The notes under the pieces were generated by a model. It saw only the letters and a program-made list of their open reading frames with translations, was not told the DNA's origin and searched no databases. From assembly GCA_028864975.1 (NCBI GenBank), contig JAGWLG010000014.1:12613-76612 (forward strand): 64,000 nucleotides of DNA. The letters are read 5' to 3'. This stretch comes from Thermoplasmata archaeon (GTDB lineage: Archaea; Thermoplasmatota; Thermoplasmata; Lutacidiplasmatales; UBA184). Both the position numbers and the translations under genes were made by a program. Positions 26,958 to 35,866 of this stretch are shown here, in pieces (positions within the stretch are counted from its first letter, which is position 1; each line of letters starts with the position of its first letter).

Positions 26958-29432
26958 TCAGGACTGCGATAGAGGCGGTAAGGCTCCCACGGGATCCAAG
27001 ATCAGGTAGTCCAAGGGGTCTACGTACCCTACGGTGCCGCCCACGGTGAGGGTGATCGAGACTGGACCCGATGACAGAGGGAAGGTCACCGGCGTTCCAT
27101 AGTTCGGGCCAGTACTTCCGAAGAGGGCCGCCCCCACCCGGACCCCATTGACGGAGACATTGAGGTACTCCCCGACCTTGTAGGAATAGCGGTGGAGGTA
27201 GAGGGTGTAGTTTCCTTGCGATGGCACCGAAAGGTTGTAAATGATCTGAGACCCGTCAAGGGCACTCCCGCCAGGATAGGTCGAAGCGACGGTGTTCGGT
27301 ACGTGGGGTAGCTCGAAGGCGACAGAGTACGCAAGCCCCGAATACGTGGGGGCCATCTCTGGGCTAGAATAGGAATACGAGACCGCCGGGATGAAGCCCG
27401 GACCGCCTCGCGGAACGTACTCGAAGATGTCAATCGTCGGATTGGAGTACGCAAGCTGGAAGTAGGGGAGGCGAGAGAATACGTCAATCTCGGACGCGCT
27501 GTACCCCGATTGATAGACGAAGTATCGCATCGAGAAGTTCGTCCAAGCTGTCGTCGCATTGGCCTCGGTCGGGTACTCCATCACTTGATTCATCGCGAAG
27601 TAGGGATTTCCCCAGTAGAGGGTAGGTGCTTGGTAAGCGATGGCATAGAGGCCGAAACGAGGTCGAGAGAGGAATGAACCAGGAATGAAGTCCGCCATCG
27701 GCTGAAGTGCGGCATTTCCGGCCATCTCGTCCGCGACAACAGTGTCCCCAGGCCGTTCATGCGAGGCCAGCCAGTCGCTCGCTCGCACCATGTCCGGCGT
27801 GAAAACCGTCTGGCTTCCGACCACGGATGGCTCACGATCCAAGTTCCCACGAACGCCGAGCAACCCGGATCCAATCAGGAGGACGGCAACCGCGGAGATG
27901 GTCACGACCCGTAGGGCACGACGACGCGTACTCCACTTGAGAAGGTTGGCGAGCATTCCTGCCACCAGCGGGAGCAAGGCGATCCCCACGAATTCGTAGA
28001 AGCGGCTATAGACGACGCCCAAGAGATTGGTGCCGACGTCGGTGAATGAAAGATAACACGCGAAGACGATGAGCGCCCCCAGCGGGACCATGCCAACACT
28101 CGACGGGAGGGGCGTTCCTCGGAGCTTGGACCGACCCCAGCGGTAGGTATCGGTAACGAGCGCCATCGCGCCTACCATAAGACCGATCGCCCCAACGATG
28201 GAGATTGTCCCCGTCAGCTCGGGCCAGTTGATCTTGAGCAGGTCGTTCCATCCGAGCGGAGCTCCTCCCGCTAGCGCGGGAGAGGATCCGCGTGCCTCGG
28301 AAGGGAGAAGGTAAGGAGGCAGGAGAACAAGGGTCGGGAGCACACACAGGATCCCTCGGACAAGACTCCACCTTGGTCCACGGAGCAAGATCGCACGAAG
28401 GCCGAAGACCATTAGGGCGCATGCCGCGAAGAGGAAGGTCAACTGGTCCGAGAGCGTTGCGAGAAGTATCGAGGCCGAAAGGAGAGCTACTTCGAACCAC
28501 TGCGGTCCGCTCCCCCGAACAAGGTCCACCAGCAGAACCAATGCGCACACCAGCCCCAAGACGCCGAGGACCGCATCGGGCGAGGTTTGGAACCAGGTCG
28601 TCGCCACGTAATCGTTCGCGAAGATCGCCCCTACGACCCACGAGCTTGAGAGCCAGATGATCGGAAGGGCGTAGTTCACGACACGTTGCTTAGAGAAGCG
28701 GCGCGCGAGCAGGAAGAGTGCGGTCGGGGTCAAGAGGAGTGGGATGGAATAGAGCGCCGCGGCAAAATAGATCGAATTCGTCCCGGTGCCCGCGGAGAAG
28801 AGAGCATAGAGGACCGCGATTCCTGGATTCGAGAAAGCCGTGTTCTCGACGCTCGGTGGGAATTGGGGGAAGATCTGGACGGAGGATGCCCAGTCTCCGG
28901 TCTGCGCGATGAGATTCCCAGTATGCGCGAACTGTGGGGTGTCGTCTCCGATTAGGAGCCCCTTGCTGGCAAGGAGAATTAACGGTGAGAGGAGTAGAAT
29001 GACGGAGGCGCCCAGTACGGCTAGGTAGGTGGCTTCCTCACGGAGTCTCGGAAGCCCATTCCGACGAAATCGACGAATGACGGCCGCGACGTTTCGCCTA
29101 GCCAGCCAGAAGACGAACCCCACCAGGAGAAGCTCGAGGACCGCCGTACCTCCGATAGAGAACATATCGGAGCGCGCGAGCAACCATCCGAATCCGATCG
29201 CTATCGTTAGCCCTAGAAGATTGGAGTAGAGCACCCACTCCAAGAGGCCCACATCCTCTGCTCGGAGGCGTGCTTGAAGCGAGAGGTAGAGCACCGCTCC
29301 GGGTACGAGAATCAACCCTACGTAGGTCCCGACGGCGAGCGCGCCAGGGGCGCCCATGGCGAAGGCTCCGAGACCTGTCGCGCAGACAAGGAGGATTCCC
29401 AAGAGAAGTAGAAGCGCGAGCAGCCGGTCCAT
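26958..29432 (-). CDS. Large polytopic membrane protein, GT-C-like, with C-terminal CBM-like domain (paralogue 2)
   Basis: Colinear with 20444..23020: GWLLARS, GDDT, SPD/FPD, LSD, ASDWLASH, PGGSALDGS, GTVGYVDPLDYLIL. Confidence 0.8.
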   Translation of the reverse strand: MDRLLALLLLLGILLVCATGLGAFAMGAPGALAVGTYVGLILVPGAVLYLSLQARLRAEDVGLLEWVLYSNLLGLTIAIGFGWLLARSDMFSIGGTAVLELLLVGFVFWLARRNVAAVIRRFRRNGLPRLREEATYLAVLGASVILLLSPLILLASKGLLIGDDTPQFAHTGNLIAQTGDWASSVQIFPQFPPSVENTAFSNPGIAVLYALFSAGTGTNSIYFAAALYSIPLLLTPTALFLLARRFSKQRVVNYALPIIWLSSSWVVGAIFANDYVATTWFQTSPDAVLGVLGLVCALVLLVDLVRGSGPQWFEVALLSASILLATLSDQLTFLFAACALMVFGLRAILLRGPRWSLVRGILCVLPTLVLLPPYLLPSEARGSSPALAGGAPLGWNDLLKINWPELTGTISIVGAIGLMVGAMALVTDTYRWGRSKLRGTPLPSSVGMVPLGALIVFACYLSFTDVGTNLLGVVYSRFYEFVGIALLPLVAGMLANLLKWSTRRRALRVVTISAVAVLLIGSGLLGVRGNLDREPSVVGSQTVFTPDMVRASDWLASHERPGDTVVADEMAGNAALQPMADFIPGSFLSRPRFGLYAIAYQAPTLYWGNPYFAMNQVMEYPTEANATTAWTNFSMRYFVYQSGYSASEIDVFSRLPYFQLAYSNPTIDIFEYVPRGGPGFIPAVSYSYSSPEMAPTYSGLAYSVAFELPHVPNTVASTYPGGSALDGSQIIYNLSVPSQGNYTLYLHRYSYKVGEYLNVSVNGVRVGAALFGSTGPNYGTPVTFPLSSGPVSITLTVGGTVGYVDPLDYLILDPVGALPPLSQS

Positions 29433-29482
29433 GTGGTGGCCGCTTCATGCCGTAGCACGGGTATTTACCCATTCGTGAAACT

Positions 29483-30865
29483 ATGGGTACGACTCTGGGG
29501 GCGCGTCCGAGATGGATTGGTGCATGGCACAGTCAGATACCCCATGCAGAACGGGCAGGCTTTCCCCAGGAGCTTGTTCAATCCATCCTCTCAACCAGCT
29601 CCAGAGCGGCCCGAGTCGCCGATTCGACGATCAAGGGACCCCCCGCTCGGTCGACGCGGATTCTGTCCGCCTCGCTTGAGACCGCAAGTGAACCGCACGC
29701 GCAACTATATCGCGCTCCCTCGCGTGGCTTCCTCAACGTGGCTCAACAAAGGTCAGAGGTAGGGGGAAGGAACGCGACAGGGCCCCTCGAGTCTCCCGAA
29801 GTCGCCCGACGCGAGGGTTCCACGGGCACGCCGGTAATCACGGTGCTCATTACTGCCTACAATCGGATTCCTTTCGTCGCACGCGCGCTGGAGTCCGCAT
29901 GCGCTCAGTCGTTAGACCCTGAACTGTTCGAGATTCTCGTGGTCTCAAATCGAAAAGAACACAGCGAAGTGGCGAGGGAGGCTCGAACGCGTCACCCCCA
30001 GTCGGAGATCTCCGTCGCCCTCATGGAGGATCCCCCTCTCGGCGAGCAGCTGGCCTTGGGTTTCGAGCTTGCGAGGGGGCGCGTCGTTAGCCTACTGAAC
30101 GATGACGATGAGTGGCGGCCCCAGAAGCTTGCAAGGGTCGCATCCGCATTCACCAGCAACCCGTCTCTCGCCTACTTCAAGGATGGGACGGGCTTCATTG
30201 ACCACGACGGGCGAGAGCTGAACCACCGCCCCGGTCCCGGAAGTCGAACGAAACGCCGGGTCTCGAGTGGCCTCATCATTGATTCGCGCGACCCGGGGGC
30301 GATCCGCGCAACCTTGCGATGGAATCCCATCGACTTCAATGACAGCTCCATCTCCGTGGCAAGGGATGTCGTGCTCGGAGCACTACCGGAGATGCGTTCG
30401 ATCCGGACCAACGAGGATACCTTTCTGTTCTATGTCTGCGCAGTCTCGGGCCGGCCCTTGGAGGTGACCGACGACCCCCTGACGATGTATCGTGTGCATG
30501 GTGGCGGAATGTCCCAGAGCTCTCGCGGAGACGAGGAGTCATCCTGGCGGAAGCTGATAGCGAACGACGAAGGCAATTCGACCGCGATGGAGGTCATCCG
30601 CCGTTTCGCGCTCGAGCACCGGCGCGGGGATCTCCTCCCTCTCATCGAACGCGACTGCGAATACTTTCGGCTCGTAGCTCTGACCCGTCGCCCGGAGATC
30701 GGCCGGGCGGACCGTGCGAGGCAGCTCGCCCGCTTCCTCCCTCTCATGTTCAGGTCGCGCGTCCCAGCCGGTCTTCGAGCCACAGGCTGGGCCACGCTAT
30801 CGCTGTTGACTCGCCGGGCTGGTCGAATGGGCTACAACGCGGTCCGGAACTTCGAGTCGCGCTAG
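29483..30865 (+). CDS. Glycosyltransferase family 2
   Basis: ITVLITAYNR, LLNDDDEW, FNDSSIS, EDTFL, YRVH. The real start is probably downstream of 29483 (the N-terminal ~100 aa look spurious). Confidence 0.88.
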   Translation: MGTTLGARPRWIGAWHSQIPHAERAGFPQELVQSILSTSSRAARVADSTIKGPPARSTRILSASLETASEPHAQLYRAPSRGFLNVAQQRSEVGGRNATGPLESPEVARREGSTGTPVITVLITAYNRIPFVARALESACAQSLDPELFEILVVSNRKEHSEVAREARTRHPQSEISVALMEDPPLGEQLALGFELARGRVVSLLNDDDEWRPQKLARVASAFTSNPSLAYFKDGTGFIDHDGRELNHRPGPGSRTKRRVSSGLIIDSRDPGAIRATLRWNPIDFNDSSISVARDVVLGALPEMRSIRTNEDTFLFYVCAVSGRPLEVTDDPLTMYRVHGGGMSQSSRGDEESSWRKLIANDEGNSTAMEVIRRFALEHRRGDLLPLIERDCEYFRLVALTRRPEIGRADRARQLARFLPLMFRSRVPAGLRATGWATLSLLTRRAGRMGYNAVRNFESR

Positions 30866-30919
30866 CTTCCGAGCCCTATACAGCCCCGGTCCGGCCCCCT
30901 CCGTACCCATCCTTGTCTC

Positions 30920-31948
30920 TCAGCTCGGTAAAGAGCGGAACCGCGGAGGAAGGCTGGCCCACGAGCCGCTGGACCACGAGGCGTACATTGAGCGGATCGC
31001 TGCGAGGGTCCGTAGGCCGTCTTCACAACTAGGCCCACGTTCGTCCTTCCCTGTTCGGACCGCCTCAAGGAAGGTATCCATCTCTCTCTGAAAGGACACC
31101 GGCCCTTCGGCGTAGAAGTCCCAGGATGTGCGCCCTCCCCCAGGGGAGTTCAGGTCGAGCGTAGCTACGTTGTGCCGGCTATCCACCACAAGGCTCCCCT
31201 TGTCCCCCGCGATCTCGAGGAAGAGGTACCCCGAGTAGTCCTGCCAGGACGCTTGAAGGGAGAACCATCTTCCGTCCCTGCGCCGCAACGTGCCTATGAA
31301 GCAAGTATCCAGCGGGACCCTGCCGTCGGTCGAGATCGGGGTGGGGGAGTACCCAAAAGCGTCGTCGAAGTCGCCCAGGAACGCCCGGCCGAGGTCGACG
31401 ATATGGTGGCCCACGTCGACGAGTACCCCTCCCCCAATCTTCTTGGTGTCGTAATAGGAGGCATCGTTCCGGGCGATCGCCTTCTCGAATCCGATCCAGC
31501 CTCTCCCGTAGGCGGGCGACCCAATAGCCCCCTCCCGAGCGAGCTGGAGGGCCTTGCGGACGTTCCCGAATTCGCGGGCATTCGATCCCATCCGAAAGAG
31601 CTGCCCAGATGCCTTCCAGGCAGCATGGATCCCGTCGGCCTCTTCCAGGGTGTTCGAGAGGGGTTTCTCACAAAAGACGCTCCGGCCTTTGTTCAGGCTC
31701 GGGATGGCGACCTTCCCGTGTTCGTCGTTCGGTGTGGAAATGATCACCGCATCGATGTCGCCCGCGCCGGTCAGGTCTTCAAGGGATCCTGCGGAGGCGC
31801 ACCCCTGCTTTTTCGCGAGGTCATTCGCCCGTTCTGTGACCGGGTCGACGACCCCCACGAGGGTCGCGCTCTTTGATGAGGCCACGCTGCCGGCGCGGCG
31901 TGCTCCCATGCGGCCCGCGCCCACTACGACCACCCGAACTCGGTCCAC
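30920..31948 (-). CDS. Gfo/Idh/MocA family oxidoreductase
   Basis: VVGAGRMG, IDAVIISTPNDEH, CEKP, GGGVLVDVGHHIVD. Confidence 0.93.
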   Translation of the reverse strand: MDRVRVVVVGAGRMGARRAGSVASSKSATLVGVVDPVTERANDLAKKQGCASAGSLEDLTGAGDIDAVIISTPNDEHGKVAIPSLNKGRSVFCEKPLSNTLEEADGIHAAWKASGQLFRMGSNAREFGNVRKALQLAREGAIGSPAYGRGWIGFEKAIARNDASYYDTKKIGGGVLVDVGHHIVDLGRAFLGDFDDAFGYSPTPISTDGRVPLDTCFIGTLRRRDGRWFSLQASWQDYSGYLFLEIAGDKGSLVVDSRHNVATLDLNSPGGGRTSWDFYAEGPVSFQREMDTFLEAVRTGKDERGPSCEDGLRTLAAIRSMYASWSSGSWASLPPRFRSLPS

Positions 31949-31969
31949 GATTCCTCCGAGGAAGCTACG

Positions 31970-33100
31970 TTACGCGAGGGACTTCCGCATCTCCACCAGA
32001 GCGTTCACGACCCGGTGGACGTGATCTAGCGTGGTCACATTCCCTGACGGGAGGTTAATGCCCTCCTCTCCCAGACGCTCGGCCACCGGGAAGCTTCCGG
32101 GGCCCCCCAGAGAGGGGTAGGGTGGCTGGAGGTGGATGGGTCGGAAGCTCGATCGAGAGTCGATCTGCTGTTTGCCGAGGGACTCAACGACGGCATCCCG
32201 GGTCATCCCGAACTTCGCCGCATCGATCCTTGGCGTGTACATCCAGTAGACATTCCTGGCCCAGGGCAGTTCCGGGGGGCGGGTAATCCCCGGAACGGGG
32301 GCCAACAATCGATCATACTCTTGAGCGACCTTGCGGTGGTGCGCGACCAGCTCCTCGCTTCGTTCAAGCTGTGCAAGTCCGACGGCCGCCTGCAGACTCG
32401 TCATTCGGTAATTGTAGCCGATCCCGTTGTGGATGAGGAGCTTGCGTTTCGGGGGGTCATAGCACTGGTTCCGCATCCACTTCATCTTCTGGTCGAGGGT
32501 CGCGTCGTTCGTCGTGACCATTCCGCCTTCGCCGGTCGTGATGATCTTGTTGGAGTAGAGGCTGAACGCACCAATCGTTCCGATGGACCCGGTCATCCGA
32601 GTGTGGACCTTGGCGCCATGGGACTCGGCGCAATCCTCGACTACAGGGAGGTGGTGACGCTCTGCGACCTCCATGATTCGGTCCATCTTGGCAGGGTGGC
32701 CGTAGAGGTGGACAACCATGATGGCCTTGGTGCGAGGGGTGATCTTCCGCTCTAGGTCATCGGGGTCGAGGTTCCAGGTCTCCTCTTCCGAGTCTGCCAG
32801 GACTGGGGTCGCGCCAAGATAGTGAACGACATTGGCGCAGGCCAGCATCGTGAGAGTAGGGAGGATCACCTCGTCTCCCGCCCCGACCCCTACCGCGGCG
32901 AGGGCAAGATGAAGTGCAGCGGTCCCGCTAGACAAGGCCGCCGCGTGCTTGGTGCCAATGTACTCCGCGAACCCCTTCTCGAAGTTGGTGACGAACTTGC
33001 CTTGTGATGAGATCCAGCCGGAGCGAAGGCATTCGAGAAGATATCGTTCTTCGTTACCTTTCAGGTCTGGCTCTGCGATAGGGATCATGCCCGCGCTCAT
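31970..33100 (-). CDS. DegT/DnrJ/EryC1/StrS sugar aminotransferase (perosamine synthase-like)
   Basis: SGWISSQG, SSGTAALHLAL, VHLYG, EDCAESHG, FSLYSNKIITTGEGGM, GYNYRMTSLQAAVGLAQL. Confidence 0.95.
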   Translation of the reverse strand: MSAGMIPIAEPDLKGNEERYLLECLRSGWISSQGKFVTNFEKGFAEYIGTKHAAALSSGTAALHLALAAVGVGAGDEVILPTLTMLACANVVHYLGATPVLADSEEETWNLDPDDLERKITPRTKAIMVVHLYGHPAKMDRIMEVAERHHLPVVEDCAESHGAKVHTRMTGSIGTIGAFSLYSNKIITTGEGGMVTTNDATLDQKMKWMRNQCYDPPKRKLLIHNGIGYNYRMTSLQAAVGLAQLERSEELVAHHRKVAQEYDRLLAPVPGITRPPELPWARNVYWMYTPRIDAAKFGMTRDAVVESLGKQQIDSRSSFRPIHLQPPYPSLGGPGSFPVAERLGEEGINLPSGNVTTLDHVHRVVNALVEMRKSLA

Positions 33101-33233
33101 GAGCGAGGTCCACCGAAAAGTGCGCGGCCTCGAGAAGGTATAATCCTTTCACCGAACGGGCAACCGGTAGCGAGACCCGCTTGCCGGTCCAGTTTCGGGG
33201 CACGCCTATCCCCGCCGCCGTGAAGGTGGTCAC

Positions 33234-34079
33234 CTATGAGGTCCGTTCAGAAGCTATGGGGCTCCCTTCGACCGGGTCCTCACTGGCCTCGTCCTCGTCC
33301 TTCGGTCGATCCAACGTTCGCGCGCTCCTTCCGAACCTCCCCTCCCTCTGCTGCTTCTCCCCTTCGAGTATTCGCCGCAAGGGACCAAGAGCGCGAGGCT
33401 CCTCACGCGACATCATGAGCATCAGGCCGATGAACAACACCGCGAGACCTGCGTATCCCAGGTAGGCATCGCCGACGAAGATCGGGCTCAGGGCGAGGAG
33501 GCCGAGCGCTTCCCCTGCCATCACTCGCAGCGGGGGTAGCCAAGAGAAACGACTGCACATCGCACGGCCGAACCGGAGACCCGCCCAGGCCTCGAGCAGG
33601 ACTAGGTCTACTGAGAAGCCGAGCAGGATCGGGATAGCCTGAAGCGGAGGGTGCGGGACGTCCAGTTGCCAGATCGAGAACCCTAGGGCGGTTCCGGCGC
33701 CGCTCATGGTGCCGTAAGCGAAGGTGTGAATGGTGACCTGAGGGTCCTTCTTCGAGCTCCCGCCGAAGGTCTTGATCCGGACAAGGACCCTTCGGAGCAA
33801 AGCGGCGATGAAGAGGAACAGCAGAAGGTAGAGCGAAGGTCCCGATATGTCGCCGCTTCTCGATGCACTGCTCAGCGCAGCGAAGTACGCGACAAGGACG
33901 AGTGCTAGCACGATCCCCAACGGGATTCCGATAGGGACGAGCAGGAAGACCTTACGATCATCGAACAGGTTCTTGGGGACCCGTGGGGCTGCGTACCGGT
34001 CGAGGACCACGAAGAGGACCGCTCCAGCAGGGAGCAGGGCCATGGCCGCAGCGGCGGTGAAGAGGAATGTAGCTGGCAT
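33234..34079 (-). CDS. Hypothetical polytopic membrane protein
   Basis: About 7-8 TM segments; cotranscribed downstream of trmI. Confidence 0.75.
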   Translation of the reverse strand: MPATFLFTAAAAMALLPAGAVLFVVLDRYAAPRVPKNLFDDRKVFLLVPIGIPLGIVLALVLVAYFAALSSASRSGDISGPSLYLLLFLFIAALLRRVLVRIKTFGGSSKKDPQVTIHTFAYGTMSGAGTALGFSIWQLDVPHPPLQAIPILLGFSVDLVLLEAWAGLRFGRAMCSRFSWLPPLRVMAGEALGLLALSPIFVGDAYLGYAGLAVLFIGLMLMMSREEPRALGPLRRILEGEKQQREGRFGRSARTLDRPKDEDEASEDPVEGSPIASERTS

Positions 34080-34112
34080 TTCCCGAAAACCGTCGACCCT
34101 AGCTCGACCAGC

Positions 34113-34913
34113 TCAAGCGATTCGGCGACCTGCGGCTAGAAATCCTGTGTGCCCCAGCATCTCGAACTCGGGTCGCGTCCCCCCCTCGCCCACATGAAGT
34201 CCCCGTTCGAGTAGCTCCAGCGCTCGGACCCCCTCGAACCCTGCCTCACGCATGGCCCGAACACTCTGCTCGAGCTGATTGAATGTCGGGGTGTATGTGG
34301 CAAGGTACCCGCCAGGACGCAGTGATTCCTTGGCCGACGCGAGCACCCGCCATGGTTCAGGAAGGTCCAAGATCACCGAGTCGGCCTCCCGAACGTCGAA
34401 CCCATGGGTGACATCTTGGATCCGCAAGGTCACCCGCGAGAGAAGCCCCGAGCGTTCGAGGTTCTCCCTGGCGACCTTCTGGTGCTCGGGGCGCCGGTCA
34501 TAGCTCACCACATGCCCAGATTCCCCTACCATGGTCGCGAGAAACAGTGTGAGACCCCCACTCCCCGTGCCCGCTTCCAAGACGAAAGCCCCCGGGCGGA
34601 CGCCCGCAAGATAGAGCAGCGAGAGGGCATCCTTGGGGGTGATGATCTGCGCCCTTCGCCGCATCTGCGAGACGAGGTCTGGAAGGCTGGGACGGAAGAT
34701 GCGAAAGAGGCGCCCTGCGAGAGGGACCTCAACCCCTTCCTCGGACCCAATCGCCGGGGACAGGTCGAGGACCCCAAGCCCTTCGATGAGCGTCGGCCCT
34801 CGGGTCAGGGTAAGCAAGTAGCTCTCTCCCTCCTTGCGCCGAGCGACCACGCGTTCACCTTCGACGAGTGGCCTCGCGGGCCTTGGAGGGACTGGTACCT
34901 CCCGGCCGTTCAT
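34113..34913 (-). CDS. trmI: tRNA (adenine-N1)-methyltransferase TrmI
   Basis: RRAQIITPKD, VLEAGTGSGGLT, DSVILDLPEPW, RPEFEMLGHTGFL. Confidence 0.95.
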   Translation of the reverse strand: MNGREVPVPPRPARPLVEGERVVARRKEGESYLLTLTRGPTLIEGLGVLDLSPAIGSEEGVEVPLAGRLFRIFRPSLPDLVSQMRRRAQIITPKDALSLLYLAGVRPGAFVLEAGTGSGGLTLFLATMVGESGHVVSYDRRPEHQKVARENLERSGLLSRVTLRIQDVTHGFDVREADSVILDLPEPWRVLASAKESLRPGGYLATYTPTFNQLEQSVRAMREAGFEGVRALELLERGLHVGEGGTRPEFEMLGHTGFLAAGRRIA

Positions 34914-35548
34914 CGCCCCCCCCAGACCCCGGTGGGTCGTCCGCGACCAGACCGCGCTCGTCGTGGGCCCCGCTTCGTCCCCATGCCCTGGGGTCGACGG
35001 TGGGGCGGCCCTCGCTCAGGGAACAGCAACGGCTCGGCCAGGTAGAGGGCAAGCATGGTGGTGGACTGATGCAGGTCTCCCCCGCGAAGGCGATCGTAGG
35101 CGAGCTCGATCGGAAGTGTGACGACGCGGAGATCTTCGTAGGGGTCTAAGTGGGCCTTCCCCCGTCTCAGGCGGCGCGCGACGAAGAGGTGCCCCCTGTG
35201 GCGGCCGAGATGCGGCGATGGATAGTACCATCCTAAGCGTTGGAGGTCCAGGGCACGGTACCCGGTTTCCTCTTCGAGCTCCCGGTATGCGGCGGTCATA
35301 GGGTCCTCCCCCTTTTCGATCATCCCCCCTGGGAGTTCGAGCAGATACCCCCCCAGAGGAGGGCGATATTGCTCGACGAAGACGATCTCCCCATGCTCGG
35401 TCACTGGAACTATCGTCGAGAAGGAAGGGCTCTCCAAACGGGTGTAGAGCAGGGTCCCCCCCTCCGGACGGCGAAGGACGTCCTCGTAGAGCTCGAAGAG
35501 ATCCGTGTGATGGACGAGGCGGGAGCTCTGCCGTTGCCAGGGGGGCAC
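34910..35548 (-). CDS. Nudix hydrolase (ADP-ribose pyrophosphatase-like)
   Basis: EQYRPP, Nudix box LPGGMIEKGEDPMTAAYRELEEETGY; ATGA overlap with trmI. Confidence 0.93.
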   Translation of the reverse strand: MPPWQRQSSRLVHHTDLFELYEDVLRRPEGGTLLYTRLESPSFSTIVPVTEHGEIVFVEQYRPPLGGYLLELPGGMIEKGEDPMTAAYRELEEETGYRALDLQRLGWYYPSPHLGRHRGHLFVARRLRRGKAHLDPYEDLRVVTLPIELAYDRLRGGDLHQSTTMLALYLAEPLLFPERGPPHRRPQGMGTKRGPRRARSGRGRPTGVWGGR

Positions 35549-35620
35549 GGTCCGGCGAGCGAGGAACCCCTCTTAATCCCTGACGGGGCTCACGGACGGT
35601 GGAGTACGCCTCCTCCTTGC

Positions 35621-35626
35621 TTATAT
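35621..35626 (+). promoter_or_regulatory. Archaeal TATA box of tRNA-Gly
   Basis: TTATAT ending 27 nt before the mature tRNA 5' end, in otherwise GC-rich DNA. Confidence 0.7.
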
Positions 35627-35652
35627 CGGGAAGGGCTCCTCGGCCCTCGCGC

Positions 35653-35726
35653 GCGGCCTTAGTATAGCCTGGTTAGAACGGTGGCTTGCCAAGCCATCGA
35701 CGCGGGTTCAAATCCCGCAGGCCGCA
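35653..35726 (+). tRNA. tRNA-Gly (anticodon GCC), no intron, CCA not encoded
   Basis: Acceptor GCGGCCT/AGGCCGC plus discriminator A; anticodon arm GTGGC-TTGCCAA-GCCAT; T arm GCGGG-TTCAAAT-CCCGC. Confidence 0.97.
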
Positions 35727-35866
35727 TGGATGCCAACTCGAACCCGGGTCCGGCCCGCAACCCGAAGGCTACACTCCCTACGCCCAATCTTCGGCCAGCT
35801 CAAGAGTTCGACGGGGAATCGTGTGTTGACGGGCGCCGGTCGTCGGACTACTCTCGCTCGAGTTCC

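Larger units (their letters stand above)
14373..33100. other. Surface-glycan locus 1 (less GC-rich than the flanks)
   Basis: Run of GT, methyltransferase, acetyltransferase and amino-sugar genes with mixed orientation and long gaps. Spot GC counts: 45/60 at 1-60, 43/120 at 20881-21000, 62/120 at 27421-27540. Confidence 0.75.

Noticed and set aside
29459-29470. Palindrome GGGTA-TT-TACCC upstream of GT-C paralogue 2 as an operator
   Set aside because: Only 5 bp per arm, overlaps the likely TATA element, and I found no second copy to support a regulon.
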